The notes: a model not told the origin generated them from the sequence alone. A stretch of 61,989 bases of DNA from an uncultured Gammaproteobacteria bacterium (GCA_964573695.1 CAZNKB010000007.1:1-61989); one strand, 5' to 3'. Shown: positions 39,214 to 48,869, numbered from the stretch's first letter. A program made the numbers and translations.

Positions 39214-39612
39214 ATGGCGAAACGCGTCCTTATTATAGATGACGATACCTATATTCGGGATTTATACGAAGAGGTGCTCAAGAGCGAAGGATTTGAAGTA
39301 TTGGTCGCAAAAGACGGCCAGGAAGGATTAGCCCAATTGCTTATAGGCGGATATGATGTAGTATTACTCGATGTTATGATGCCCAAACTTGACGGCATCG
39401 GCGTGCTGACGAAACTCAAGGAGTCTGTGCCCCAGCGACCAAACGGGCCGATATTGTTACTTACCAATTTGGATCATGATCCGATCCTGACGCAGGCCAC
39501 CACACTTGGCGTCTATAAACATTTGCTCAAAGCGGATATGCTGCCGCCGGCGCTTGTATCTGCCGTCAAAGAAGCAATGCAAATTCCTACTGTACCCCAA
39601 CCTGCCCGATAA
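39214..39612 (+). CDS. stand-alone CheY-like receiver domain protein
   Basis: The start is at MAKRVLIIDDD. It has the phospho-acceptor context VVLLDVMMPKLDG and a conserved Lys context, and no output domain. Its 3' end overlaps the convergent pilC by 26 nt. Confidence 0.85.
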   Translation: MAKRVLIIDDDTYIRDLYEEVLKSEGFEVLVAKDGQEGLAQLLIGGYDVVLLDVMMPKLDGIGVLTKLKESVPQRPNGPILLLTNLDHDPILTQATTLGVYKHLLKADMLPPALVSAVKEAMQIPTVPQPAR

Positions 39613-40636
39613 GATTATAAATCGGGGCGATGATTGCCATCATCATACTTCCGACAATAAGCCCGACCACAACCAATATGACTGGTTCCAACAGTGTCAC
39701 CATATATTGTAGTGTCGTGGTTACCTGATAATCAAAGTATTCCGTGAGATCCTCCATGGATTTATCCAGCGTACCGCTTCGCTCTCCTACCTCAATAATT
39801 TTTGTCATAAGCGACGGGATCGCCTTCTGTCCATGGAAGCCGTCCGTGATTCGCTTTCCCGACCCGACAAAATCTCTCGCCCTCCGGATAGCTGCCCTGA
39901 CGTCGTTTTTTATCGCCACGTTTTGCGTGAATTCGAGTGCCGTATAAAGTGGAATCGCTGACGTCAGCAACAAATACATGCTTCGGCTAAAACGCGTAAG
40001 GTCTATTTGCCGCGCGATAGAAGAAATATACGGCAGACTCAGCATTGTGTTGACGAAAAAACGCTTTTGTTTGATATAGAGTAACGTCATCAGAAAAATA
40101 CATGTTCCCGTGACAACGATAGTCGGTATGGTGTAATGAAGTATAAGGTTGGACAAAAATATAAGCACCCGAGTAGGCACGGGTAATTCCACCCGTAACT
40201 TAAGGAACACACTTGCTATCTTTGGAATGACAAAGGTAAGCAGAAGCAACAGCACGCCAAGAAATACAACAACGATAATAACCGGGTAAGTTAAGGCGGA
40301 CTTAATTTTATCGGTGAATTCTATATCTTTTTTTACGGTGACTTTTATGTCCTTCAGTACGACATCTATCGTTCCTGACTCCTCCGCTGCTTTTATAATC
40401 GCGACCGTCACCGTGTCAAAAATTTTCGGATATTTTTCCAACGCGTTGTGAAGCTGTTTTCCCTGATTAATATCCGCGGCTATTCCCGTCAGGATAAGTT
40501 TCATCGCTCCGGTCGCATCCTGCAGCAATGAACTGACTGCTTCGGCTGTCGTCAGCCCGGCATTTACCATCGTGGACATATTGCTGAAAAAACTCAGCTT
40601 TTCACTGCTGGGAATCGTAAGTTTTTCGGTTTTCAT
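39587..40636 (-). CDS. pilC: type II secretion system F-family platform protein (PilC)
   Basis: 349 aa with two T2SSF repeats and 3 TM helices. It is 4-nt overlap-coupled to pilB. Confidence 0.85.
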   Translation of the reverse strand: MKTEKLTIPSSEKLSFFSNMSTMVNAGLTTAEAVSSLLQDATGAMKLILTGIAADINQGKQLHNALEKYPKIFDTVTVAIIKAAEESGTIDVVLKDIKVTVKKDIEFTDKIKSALTYPVIIVVVFLGVLLLLLTFVIPKIASVFLKLRVELPVPTRVLIFLSNLILHYTIPTIVVTGTCIFLMTLLYIKQKRFFVNTMLSLPYISSIARQIDLTRFSRSMYLLLTSAIPLYTALEFTQNVAIKNDVRAAIRRARDFVGSGKRITDGFHGQKAIPSLMTKIIEVGERSGTLDKSMEDLTEYFDYQVTTTLQYMVTLLEPVILVVVGLIVGSMMMAIIAPIYNLIGQVGVQ

Positions 40637-42309
40637 AAAGATTCTACCCGGGTAACCCGCAGTATTTCCTCAATCGTCGTTACCCCCTGGGAAACCTTCA
40701 TCAGTCCGTCATCGAGCATTGTTACCATGCCCTCTTTTATTGCCTGCTGCATGATAAGATCCGAATCCTGACGCTGGGTTATAAGCCTGCGGATTTCTTT
40801 TGAAACCATGAGAACTTCAAAAATTCCGACCCGTCCTGCATATCCGGTAAATCGGCAGTTTTTGCACCCCTGACCTTTGTATACCCGGATTTCCTTATTT
40901 TCACCGACGGGAATATAGTGCTTGCTGATAACCGTCGACGGTAAGCTTTTTTGCAATTCCGTTTCTGTTATCGTGGTCGAAACGCGACAGTAATCGCAAA
41001 TTTTCCTCACCAGGCGTTGTGCCACGATAAGACTCACGCTGGAGGCTACAAGAAACGGTTCAACGTGCATGTCGATAAGCCGTGGCAACGACGTCGCTGC
41101 GTCATTGGTATGCAGGGTGGAAACGACCAAATGCCCGGTAAGTGCGGCATTTATGGCAATGCCCGCGGTTTCCGCATCTCGTATTTCTCCGACAAATATG
41201 ATGTTCGGGTCCTGACGCAGGATACTGCGCAGCCCATTGGCGAACGTAAGGTTCGTTTTGGAATTTACCTGAATTTGATTTACGCCTTTTATGCGATATT
41301 CGACCGGATCTTCAATCGTGGTGATATTTTTATCCCGGACGTTTAAAATCTTGAGCATCGCGTATATGCTCGTGGTCTTGCCGGAACCGGTTGGTCCGGT
41401 AGACAAAATCATACCGTACGTTCGCTTGAGCGCTGCGTTCACTTTGTCCACTGCGTCAGCACTCATTCCTAAATCGGTAAAGCTAAAAAGCTTGAAATTC
41501 GCGACCAGCAACCGCATCACGATTTTCTCTCCCTCTACCATGGGGATAATGGATATCCGAATATCGACCGACTGGTCATCGTGTTGAATCCGAATTTTTC
41601 CGTCCTGGGGAGCCGAGTGTTCATCCGTGCGAAGATTCGCCAAGACTTTTATCCGACTCACCACTTGACTATGTATCGTTTTGGATAGATGAAGGACATC
41701 ATGAAGCACGCCGTCGATACGATACCGTACAAGCGAGTCGGCCTCCTGCGGTTCAATGTGAATATCGGACGCGTTTTCGTCAACTGCCGTGTGCATGAGC
41801 AAATCAACGATCAGCACAAGCGGCGCCTCATCTTCGCGATGATATTTTTTCATGAGGTCGGCAAACAACGTTTGCACGTCGCGTCTGTGGAGCTTTAATG
41901 CGGTACGGATATCCTGCTCTGTGGCGAAATGTACTACGATCCGCTGGGCTACTTTTTTTTCAAGGGTAGCAATAGCTGCCGCATCCGAAGGATCGGCAAC
42001 GGCGACTTTTACCCCTTCTTGATCCCGCCCAAACGGAATCATGAGGTGCGTTTTGGCAAATTTATCGGGAATAATCCGATACACCGCCTCAGGAATCGTA
42101 ATACTCGAGAGATTTACAAACGGTAAACCATAATACTGCGCTATGAGCTTCCCCAGATGATCTTCGGTAATAATTTTTTTCTGCCGGACAGCTTCAGCTA
42201 GAGCAATGTTAGCCGTCTTGGCAAACTCTTCGATAATACCGAGTTCGGCCTCAGAAACAACGGAGGCGTTGATAAGAATTTTGTGCAGTACGTCGTCGGG
42301 CAGCGTCAT
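40633..42309 (-). CDS. pilB: GspE/PilB-family type IV pilus assembly ATPase
   Basis: Walker A is GPTGSGKTT. The Asp box, Walker B and His box are present (VGEIRD, TGHLV.STLHTN). A tetracysteine motif is present (CDYC...CKNC). Confidence 0.9.
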   Translation of the reverse strand: MTLPDDVLHKILINASVVSEAELGIIEEFAKTANIALAEAVRQKKIITEDHLGKLIAQYYGLPFVNLSSITIPEAVYRIIPDKFAKTHLMIPFGRDQEGVKVAVADPSDAAAIATLEKKVAQRIVVHFATEQDIRTALKLHRRDVQTLFADLMKKYHREDEAPLVLIVDLLMHTAVDENASDIHIEPQEADSLVRYRIDGVLHDVLHLSKTIHSQVVSRIKVLANLRTDEHSAPQDGKIRIQHDDQSVDIRISIIPMVEGEKIVMRLLVANFKLFSFTDLGMSADAVDKVNAALKRTYGMILSTGPTGSGKTTSIYAMLKILNVRDKNITTIEDPVEYRIKGVNQIQVNSKTNLTFANGLRSILRQDPNIIFVGEIRDAETAGIAINAALTGHLVVSTLHTNDAATSLPRLIDMHVEPFLVASSVSLIVAQRLVRKICDYCRVSTTITETELQKSLPSTVISKHYIPVGENKEIRVYKGQGCKNCRFTGYAGRVGIFEVLMVSKEIRRLITQRQDSDLIMQQAIKEGMVTMLDDGLMKVSQGVTTIEEILRVTRVESL

Positions 42310-42395
42310 GAGATAGAAAGACCACAGTACCTATCGGGTCCTACTTAGTATCATAGAGGAAAAGCCCCCACCGAAACAATGCCGGCAACCCGGGA

Positions 42396-42425
42396 TTGAC
42401 AAACCCCTCGTAAACTTTCTATGCT
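42396..42425 (+). promoter_or_regulatory. sigma70-type promoter upstream of the 44-aa ORF and the cyclase gene
   Basis: TTGACA (42396-42401), 18 nt, TATGCT (42420-42425). The AAGGAGGAA SD is at 42441. Confidence 0.4.
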
Positions 42426-42451
42426 AGATATATATAAAGTAAGGAGGAATT

Positions 42452-42586
42452 ATGAAATCAAAAGCTGCCCGGGGAAAGAAAACGGTTCACCCCAATGATA
42501 GTGTCATCATACAAATTGGTGTTGCATTTATAGTAGTTGCAGGATTTGCACTGCTTGCATACTCCATAAAGTATTTCCTGCCATAA
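42452..42586 (+). CDS. 44-aa single-TM membrane protein (below the ORF-track cutoff)
   Basis: I translated this by hand: MKSKAARGKKTVHPNDSVIIQIGVAFIVVAGFALLAYSIKYFLP. A perfect SD (AAGGAGG) lies 5 nt upstream of the ATG. It has a basic N-terminus and one TM helix. Confidence 0.55.
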   Translation: MKSKAARGKKTVHPNDSVIIQIGVAFIVVAGFALLAYSIKYFLP

Positions 42587-42599
42587 TTGGCAAATCCGA

Positions 42600-43127
42600 T
42601 TGAAGTACATCGACCTGACCGTACCGCTTTTTGACCACATGCCGGTCTACCCCGGTGATCCGGATTTGATCCTCACGCTCATTCAGACAATAGAGAAAGA
42701 CGGATGGAACATGCGAAGGATCGAAATGAACCTCCATGACGGGACGCATATAAACGCGCCCATTCACATGGCGATAAACGGCAAATCACTAGACGACCTT
42801 CCGTTAGAACGATTGAACGGTCCGTGCGAATTATACAAAGATAACATGACGTTCGATCCGGCCGTCGGCGTGATATTTGTATCGCAAAATATTGACATGG
42901 ATATTGCGCGCCAGATTGTCCAGTCTCCGCCCAAATTCATCGGTCTTTCCAACAAATTGGAATTTGACATCGCAATTGAAAAATTCCTGCTTGAACACGA
43001 CGTGATTTCTTATGAAAATCTTGCCAATACGGAAACACTCCCGGCGCGTTTTATGTTCTATGGGTTTCCGTTGGCTATTAGAAATGGAGACGGATCTCCC
43101 GTGCGAGCGGTTGCAGTTATCGAATAA
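42600..43127 (+). CDS. cyclase-family protein (kynurenine formamidase-like)
   Basis: The motif HDGTHINAPIH (HxGTHxDxPxH-like) and the N-terminal IDLT.P....MPVYPGDP pattern are present. It has a TTG start and is short for the family (175 aa). Confidence 0.65.
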   Translation: MKYIDLTVPLFDHMPVYPGDPDLILTLIQTIEKDGWNMRRIEMNLHDGTHINAPIHMAINGKSLDDLPLERLNGPCELYKDNMTFDPAVGVIFVSQNIDMDIARQIVQSPPKFIGLSNKLEFDIAIEKFLLEHDVISYENLANTETLPARFMFYGFPLAIRNGDGSPVRAVAVIE

Positions 43128-44216
43128 TTATTCGAGATAATCTTTGAGCTTCTTGCTTCGTGAAGGATGCCGCAATTTCCGCAGCGCTTTCGCTTCTATC
43201 TGACGGATACGCTCGCGGGTGACGCCGAACTGAGCGCCAACTTCTTCGAGAGTGCGCGGTCTGCCGTCCTCTAAGCCGAAACGGAGTATCAATACTTTTT
43301 TCTCCCGATCGGACAATGTCGCGAGCACTTCTTCCATGTGCTCTTTAAGAAGCTGTCTGCTCGTCTGGTCATATGGCGTGGGGCCCGGATCGGAAATGAA
43401 ATCTCCGAGGTGTGAATCCTCCTCGTCTCCGACCGGAGTCTCAAGACTCGTGGGCTCCTGGGACACTTTCATAATTTCACGCACTTTTATGACATCGACT
43501 TCCATGGCTTTTGCTATTTCCTCTGGAGTAGGCTCCCGTCCCAAATCCTGCATAAGCCGGCGGCTGATACGGGCAAAACGATTAATCGTTTCTACCATAT
43601 GCACCGGGATACGGATCGTACGGGCTTGATCTGCTATGGCGCGAGTGATTGCCTGCCGGATCCACCACGTCGCGTAGGTAGAAAATTTAAATCCCTTACG
43701 CCAATCATATTTCTCTACCGCCCGGATAAGCCCCTGGTTTCCCTCCTGAATGAGGTCAAGTAAACTCATGCCGCGGCCAATATATTTTTTGGCGATAGAA
43801 ACGACCAAGCGGAGATTACTCTCTATGAGCTTCTTTTTCGCTCTCCGGTCGCCTTTTTCGTACCGTTTGGCCAAACTCATCTCATCGGCAAACGTCAGAA
43901 GAGGAATCCTGCCGATTTCTTTAAGATACATCCTGACCGGATCGGAAATACCCTCATCGGAAGCTCTGACCAAGGCTTCTATCTCTTTTTCCAAATCAGC
44001 GATACTTTTACGCGCTTCCTGTTCTATGTCCTGTGAGGTGGTTTCGAATACATCAACCCCGGCACGGATAAGCTGGTCGTACAAATGATCCAAATCCGCT
44101 ATTTTGTCTTCGGGTTTGGGAAATAGACCCAAAATATCGTCCTGGGTAACAAATCCGTTTGCCTTGCCTTGTTTGATGAGGTTACTACTGGATGCCGCTG
44201 CTTTGGGTTTTTGCAT
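43128..44216 (-). CDS. rpoD: RNA polymerase primary sigma factor
   Basis: Region 2 is [37 protein letters not shown]. Regions 3 and 4.2 are present ([20 protein letters not shown]). Confidence 0.95.
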   Translation of the reverse strand: MQKPKAAASSSNLIKQGKANGFVTQDDILGLFPKPEDKIADLDHLYDQLIRAGVDVFETTSQDIEQEARKSIADLEKEIEALVRASDEGISDPVRMYLKEIGRIPLLTFADEMSLAKRYEKGDRRAKKKLIESNLRLVVSIAKKYIGRGMSLLDLIQEGNQGLIRAVEKYDWRKGFKFSTYATWWIRQAITRAIADQARTIRIPVHMVETINRFARISRRLMQDLGREPTPEEIAKAMEVDVIKVREIMKVSQEPTSLETPVGDEEDSHLGDFISDPGPTPYDQTSRQLLKEHMEEVLATLSDREKKVLILRFGLEDGRPRTLEEVGAQFGVTRERIRQIEAKALRKLRHPSRSKKLKDYLE

Positions 44217-44279
44217 AGGAGCTCCGAGAGCAAATGTTTATGAAACATTTAGCTTCGCTTATTCACTATTATAACGTAT

Positions 44280-46061
44280 TTACGCGCCTTTTTCTAGGTG
44301 GGCTAATTCATCGGTAAATACTTTGAGTTTCTGCTCCAAAACATCATGCTCGGGACTAGTCTGATCGACAGAACGAAGCAGTCGACCGATTTCTTCTGTT
44401 TCATGACGGATATGGGCACGTTTTACCTCGCGTATCGCCTTGTCCCACTCGCGGCCAAAACGGACCTCGTCTTCAAGAAAATCAGAAATATCCCACAGAA
44501 AGGCCTCGTCAAACGCGGGGATAAGCTCATCAGGTAAACTCTCGGCGAAATCCTTGATATGAGCCGCTGGCTTCTCTCTCATCCACACGTCTAGCTTTTC
44601 TATAATCCTGCGCATCGGAAGATACTTCAAACTATCTATCGGGAGCGCATGTTTATACTGCTCGAGTAGCTCTTTTGTTTTGCCCTGAAGCAACAGCGCG
44701 CTCAAATAAACCTCTGCCTTCTCGCTTCTCGTCAGCGTCTGAGGCTGAGCTCCCCTAGACACGGTGTCCCGCATCGGGATACCCTTTGAGGAACGCAACT
44801 TCGACAGTCCGTCTTGAACCATTTCTTCCGATAACCCCAAGCCCGATGCCAGCTTACGGATGTAATGACCCTGGACAATCGGGTTGTCAATTTTTGAAAG
44901 TACCGGCAAAAACTCGTCGGAAATTTTTCGCTTTCCGTACGAATCGGCTATCCCGAACCGGGAAATAGCCGAAGACAAAAAATAATCATATATGGGCACA
45001 GCATCCCTAAGGGCCTTTTTGAACTTCGTGGCATCCTCACGCGCTGCCTCGTCCGGATCCTTGCCCGACGGCATGTGCGCCACCCGCATATCAAATCCGA
45101 TTTTTTCTGCGATCTCTATCCCCCTTCGCGCTGCGGCATCTCCGGCTATATCGCTATCGAGCGCAAACACCAGCCGTTCGGTAAACCGACGCAGCAATCT
45201 CGCATGATCTTCGGTGACTGCGGATCCCTTAATCGCCACGACGTTGGAAATTCCTTCCTGAAACGAAGATATGACATCCAGTTCGCCTTCCATGAGAATT
45301 GCTTCGTTGGCTTTTTGTATCGCGTCCTTCGTCACATCCAGCGCATACAGTACCCGGCCTTTGACATACACGGGGGTTTCCGACGTGTTGATGTATTTGG
45401 CTTCTTTGGCCGTTGGATCCAACACCCGACCGGAAAATCCGACAACGTTTCCACGGTGGTCTTTGAGGGTAAACATGACCCGCCCCCGGAACCGGTCATA
45501 GTACCCGCGGTTACCCCGTATGATGAGGCCGGCGGATTCCTGCGTTTTGTCATCGTACCCCTTTTTCCGAAGAAACGTGTGCAATCCTTCCCAATCATTG
45601 GCGCTGTACCCCAAAGAAAACGTCTTTATGGACTTGTCTGTTACCCCGCGGTGTTTGAGATAATCCCTCGCTTTTTCCCCGACGTTGTGACTCGTCAACA
45701 GATAATGGTAATACTCGCTCGCCAAATGATTTACTTCCAGTATTCGCTGCCTCTGCTTGGTTTCCGGCGTATCAGAAACACGCCGCTCAAGTTTGACGCC
45801 CGCCTGTTCAGCGAGTGTTTCCAGCGCTTCCGGAAAATCGATATGGTCAAGCAGCATGACGAAGTCAAAGATGCTTCCGCCCTTGCCGCACCCGAAACAA
45901 TGAAACGTCTGCCTGTCCGGACTCACGATAAACGACGGGGTTTTCTCGTTATGAAACGGACACAGACCTTTGAAGTTACGGCCCGCCTTTTTTAGCGTCA
46001 CGCGTTTACCCACTATATCTACGACACTGAGCCGGGATTTGATTTCATCGATATCGGACAT
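44280..46061 (-). CDS. dnaG: DNA primase
   Basis: The zinc ribbon is CPFHNEKTPSF...FHCFGCGKGG. The TOPRIM domain is EGELDVIS/ALDSDIAGD. It sits directly upstream of rpoD, the classic arrangement. Confidence 0.95.
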   Translation of the reverse strand: MSDIDEIKSRLSVVDIVGKRVTLKKAGRNFKGLCPFHNEKTPSFIVSPDRQTFHCFGCGKGGSIFDFVMLLDHIDFPEALETLAEQAGVKLERRVSDTPETKQRQRILEVNHLASEYYHYLLTSHNVGEKARDYLKHRGVTDKSIKTFSLGYSANDWEGLHTFLRKKGYDDKTQESAGLIIRGNRGYYDRFRGRVMFTLKDHRGNVVGFSGRVLDPTAKEAKYINTSETPVYVKGRVLYALDVTKDAIQKANEAILMEGELDVISSFQEGISNVVAIKGSAVTEDHARLLRRFTERLVFALDSDIAGDAAARRGIEIAEKIGFDMRVAHMPSGKDPDEAAREDATKFKKALRDAVPIYDYFLSSAISRFGIADSYGKRKISDEFLPVLSKIDNPIVQGHYIRKLASGLGLSEEMVQDGLSKLRSSKGIPMRDTVSRGAQPQTLTRSEKAEVYLSALLLQGKTKELLEQYKHALPIDSLKYLPMRRIIEKLDVWMREKPAAHIKDFAESLPDELIPAFDEAFLWDISDFLEDEVRFGREWDKAIREVKRAHIRHETEEIGRLLRSVDQTSPEHDVLEQKLKVFTDELAHLEKGA

Positions 46062-46125
46062 AGGATTTAAGCACTCCCGACTATAGCATGAACCTGTCGT
46101 GAAGGTCTATTCGACAACGCCTCGT

Positions 46126-46596
46126 TTATACAAATAACGGGAGGGGAAACGGTTGTGTTCTGAAACGGAGATAGTGAGTTATCGCTTCTTTGTGATCGAA
46201 GGCAACCATGTCCTCGGGAGGCAGCTTCGACATCGGCATCCAGGTGATCTCCGTCGACTCCCAATCACTTTCCCCTGTCTGACGGATTGGTTTCACCACG
46301 AAATGAAACGACACGTTTTGTCGGTCTTCGCGAGGACGATTGGGGTCTGTCTTGATAAAGAAAAGCGACTCTACTTCGCCTTCCCAGCCAGTTTCTTCCC
46401 GAAGCTCGCGTAACACTGCCTGCGATGCCGTCTCATCGCGATCCATAAATCCAGAGGGCAACGACCACTTACCGCCCTCGGATATCTTGGGGGAACGCTT
46501 CACCAATAGTAAGTTACCGTCTTTTTCAACAAGTGCGTGAACCACGACATGCCGAAGATATACTTGCTTCCCGTTTTCAAACGTACAGGTAATCAT
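46126..46596 (-). CDS. NUDIX hydrolase
   Basis: The Nudix box is PSGFMDRDETASQAVLRELREETG. Confidence 0.85.
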   Translation of the reverse strand: MITCTFENGKQVYLRHVVVHALVEKDGNLLLVKRSPKISEGGKWSLPSGFMDRDETASQAVLRELREETGWEGEVESLFFIKTDPNRPREDRQNVSFHFVVKPIRQTGESDWESTEITWMPMSKLPPEDMVAFDHKEAITHYLRFRTQPFPLPLFV

Positions 46597-47285
46597 AATC
46601 CGTTAAAATGATCCCATGATCGGGAGTCTTTCCCGGTTAATCGTAACACACACAAATCCAACGGCCGGATACGAAGCCGCAATACCAGTTCTCCGACAAT
46701 CGGCACATGCCGCACCAGCCACGTTTCCCAAAATCCGAATCCTTCTAACGCATACGGCAAATTTTTGATATAAAACATAATTGCCTTCCGTACTGGCTTA
46801 CTCCAGATGTTTCGTATAATCACAATTCCTTGTGGCCGAAGAATTCGAGAAACGAAATACATGTCCGTCATAACGCTGTCAAACCACTGGCTCGCATCGA
46901 TAAATACCATATCCGCTTTTTCGCCCGATCGTAGCATGGCCGCCAAATATTCCTGACTGGTCATCTGCTCCTCAAAGAAAACACCCTTCTGTCGTTTTAT
47001 GAAATCGTCAATCGTAGGCTTCCTCGGCGGATAGGGAATATGATGATACGGATCGACAATGTTGTGGCGACGGGGTTTTTTCGTCGCGCTTTGTATCCAC
47101 AACGACGAAATCCCATACCGGAATCCGAGTTCTATGAGCAGATCGGATCTGTATTTGGTAACCGCACGGGACAAAAATTTCCCCTGTTCGTAAGAAATCG
47201 CCATGGGAAAAATATCCGGAGCTATACGGCGAGCAAACGCCTCATCATGGTAAATTCTTTCAACGAGTGTTTCTGCCGCATTCAT
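46593..47285 (-). CDS. class I SAM-dependent methyltransferase (O-methyltransferase/Methyltransf_24-like)
   Basis: LIELGFRYGISSLWI (motif I-like) and MVFIDASQW...LRPQGIVII. There is a 4-nt overlap with the downstream NUDIX gene. Confidence 0.55.
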   Translation of the reverse strand: MNAAETLVERIYHDEAFARRIAPDIFPMAISYEQGKFLSRAVTKYRSDLLIELGFRYGISSLWIQSATKKPRRHNIVDPYHHIPYPPRKPTIDDFIKRQKGVFFEEQMTSQEYLAAMLRSGEKADMVFIDASQWFDSVMTDMYFVSRILRPQGIVIIRNIWSKPVRKAIMFYIKNLPYALEGFGFWETWLVRHVPIVGELVLRLRIRPLDLCVLRLTGKDSRSWDHFNGL

Positions 47286-47290
47286 ACAAA

Positions 47291-48853
47291 TTATTGGTCA
47301 CGCCTGTCTCTAAGATATATCGCCGACAGATCCGCCCCCTCTACGGTGACGGCATAAATCTTTCGAAATGACGGAGGGGGTGGTTCCTTTAAATCCCGAT
47401 CGATCGTAACATACACATCCGCTTCGTCAACAGAGGGTGTAACTGTCATTCCTTTTTCCTTAAGCTTCGTGGCCATGTCACGCTCTGTATAAGGAAAAGC
47501 CTGCTGGAAATATACGGCAGTTGGCCGCGGGACAGGCATCGATAATAGATATATCAGAATTTGTTTGTACGAGATCCCCCAATAATCAAAATCAAAATTC
47601 GCCTTCGCGTGAGGAAACCCTCCTGCGAGCCGGTTAAAGTACACATACTGATTCGGGTGATTTCGGATTATAAAACGGAGTGCAAATAAACTATCTATGG
47701 CAATCATAAGTATTACCGCAACAGCAAACCACCGGAATTTCATACTCTGCCGGACCAGATAGACTGAAAACCCCACCATACAAGGATATATGTAATACAT
47801 ATGGCGCCAGCCGTCATATGACCGCGGATGAAAAAACACGGAGGTGAGAAGTGATCCGATAATGGTAAACAGCATGGCAACATATACCCGACCCGCTTCT
47901 TTATTGCCTGTCGTAATTACGCGCCGGACAAACCACACGGCTCCGATAATCGACGTAAACAGCACCGATACCAAACTCGTGATTCCCACCCAGACAAAAT
48001 GGTAATGCCACGGAATAACCGGGCTTACATACGACACCCCGAAATAGTACGCGGGTACGCCGATAGGATTTGCGGCAGAGCGCCAAAAGCCGATGATGTT
48101 TTTTATCGGATCGTTCCAAAACACCGGAAACATGGCGTAGGCTGCAACGAGTGTGAGCGCGGCATACCAACATATCGTCTGTATCCGATTATGCTTATTT
48201 TCGTTTCCCGTAAAAAGAAGTACTCCGGTTACCACCAAAAAAAGCAGTAACCCTTGGGCGCGCAACGCAATCGAAAACCCGGTCGCGACCGCAAGCAGAA
48301 TGATCGACGCCAATTTTTTTCGGGATGCGTGATGTAATGCCCAAAGCACCATGACAGTCGCGGCCATAAATGCCATATCTTTGGTGTTATAGAAACTTTC
48401 CGCGAAAAACCGCGGAGAAACCACAAGGAGCACCACGCCCAGTAATCCGTATGCCGGATTACCGTTAACCGCAAAAAGGAGCCGGTAAAAAAATATGAGG
48501 GAACACGCAAAAAACAAAAATATTCCTAGGTGCCTCGCGCTCATGTAGTCCATGCCGAACCGTGAGTTGAGCACGGTACTCAATACATACAGCGGCGCTT
48601 CAAATGCGGGGCCGTAATATCGATCGTAGTGCGTTTGTATTTCGGGGCTCCCCGAAACAATACGTTCGTAATTTACCCTACCCAAATCAATTTGAGAATA
48701 CTCATCGATTGACACACCATAATCCGAATACACGTGAAGTCCCACAAAAAGGTATACAAGAAAAAATGCCACAAAAATGAGATGAAAACAATTGACTCGA
48801 TATAACATGAAGCGCTTCACAAAATTATAATCAGGTCTATCGACTGAGTGCAT
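47291..48853 (-). CDS. GT-C fold membrane glycosyltransferase (GT39/ArnT/PMT-like)
   Basis: 520 aa with more than 10 TM helices. The first-loop acidic motif context (VSIDEYSQIDLG) and the YNTKDMAF region are typical of ArnT/PMT_2-type enzymes. Confidence 0.65.
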   Translation of the reverse strand: MHSVDRPDYNFVKRFMLYRVNCFHLIFVAFFLVYLFVGLHVYSDYGVSIDEYSQIDLGRVNYERIVSGSPEIQTHYDRYYGPAFEAPLYVLSTVLNSRFGMDYMSARHLGIFLFFACSLIFFYRLLFAVNGNPAYGLLGVVLLVVSPRFFAESFYNTKDMAFMAATVMVLWALHHASRKKLASIILLAVATGFSIALRAQGLLLFLVVTGVLLFTGNENKHNRIQTICWYAALTLVAAYAMFPVFWNDPIKNIIGFWRSAANPIGVPAYYFGVSYVSPVIPWHYHFVWVGITSLVSVLFTSIIGAVWFVRRVITTGNKEAGRVYVAMLFTIIGSLLTSVFFHPRSYDGWRHMYYIYPCMVGFSVYLVRQSMKFRWFAVAVILMIAIDSLFALRFIIRNHPNQYVYFNRLAGGFPHAKANFDFDYWGISYKQILIYLLSMPVPRPTAVYFQQAFPYTERDMATKLKEKGMTVTPSVDEADVYVTIDRDLKEPPPPSFRKIYAVTVEGADLSAIYLRDRRDQ

Positions 48854-48869
48854 TGAATAACGATAATCA

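Noticed and set aside
45075-45995. 306-aa plus-strand ORF
   Set aside because: It is entirely antisense to the well-supported dnaG gene, and its composition is that of a shadow frame.
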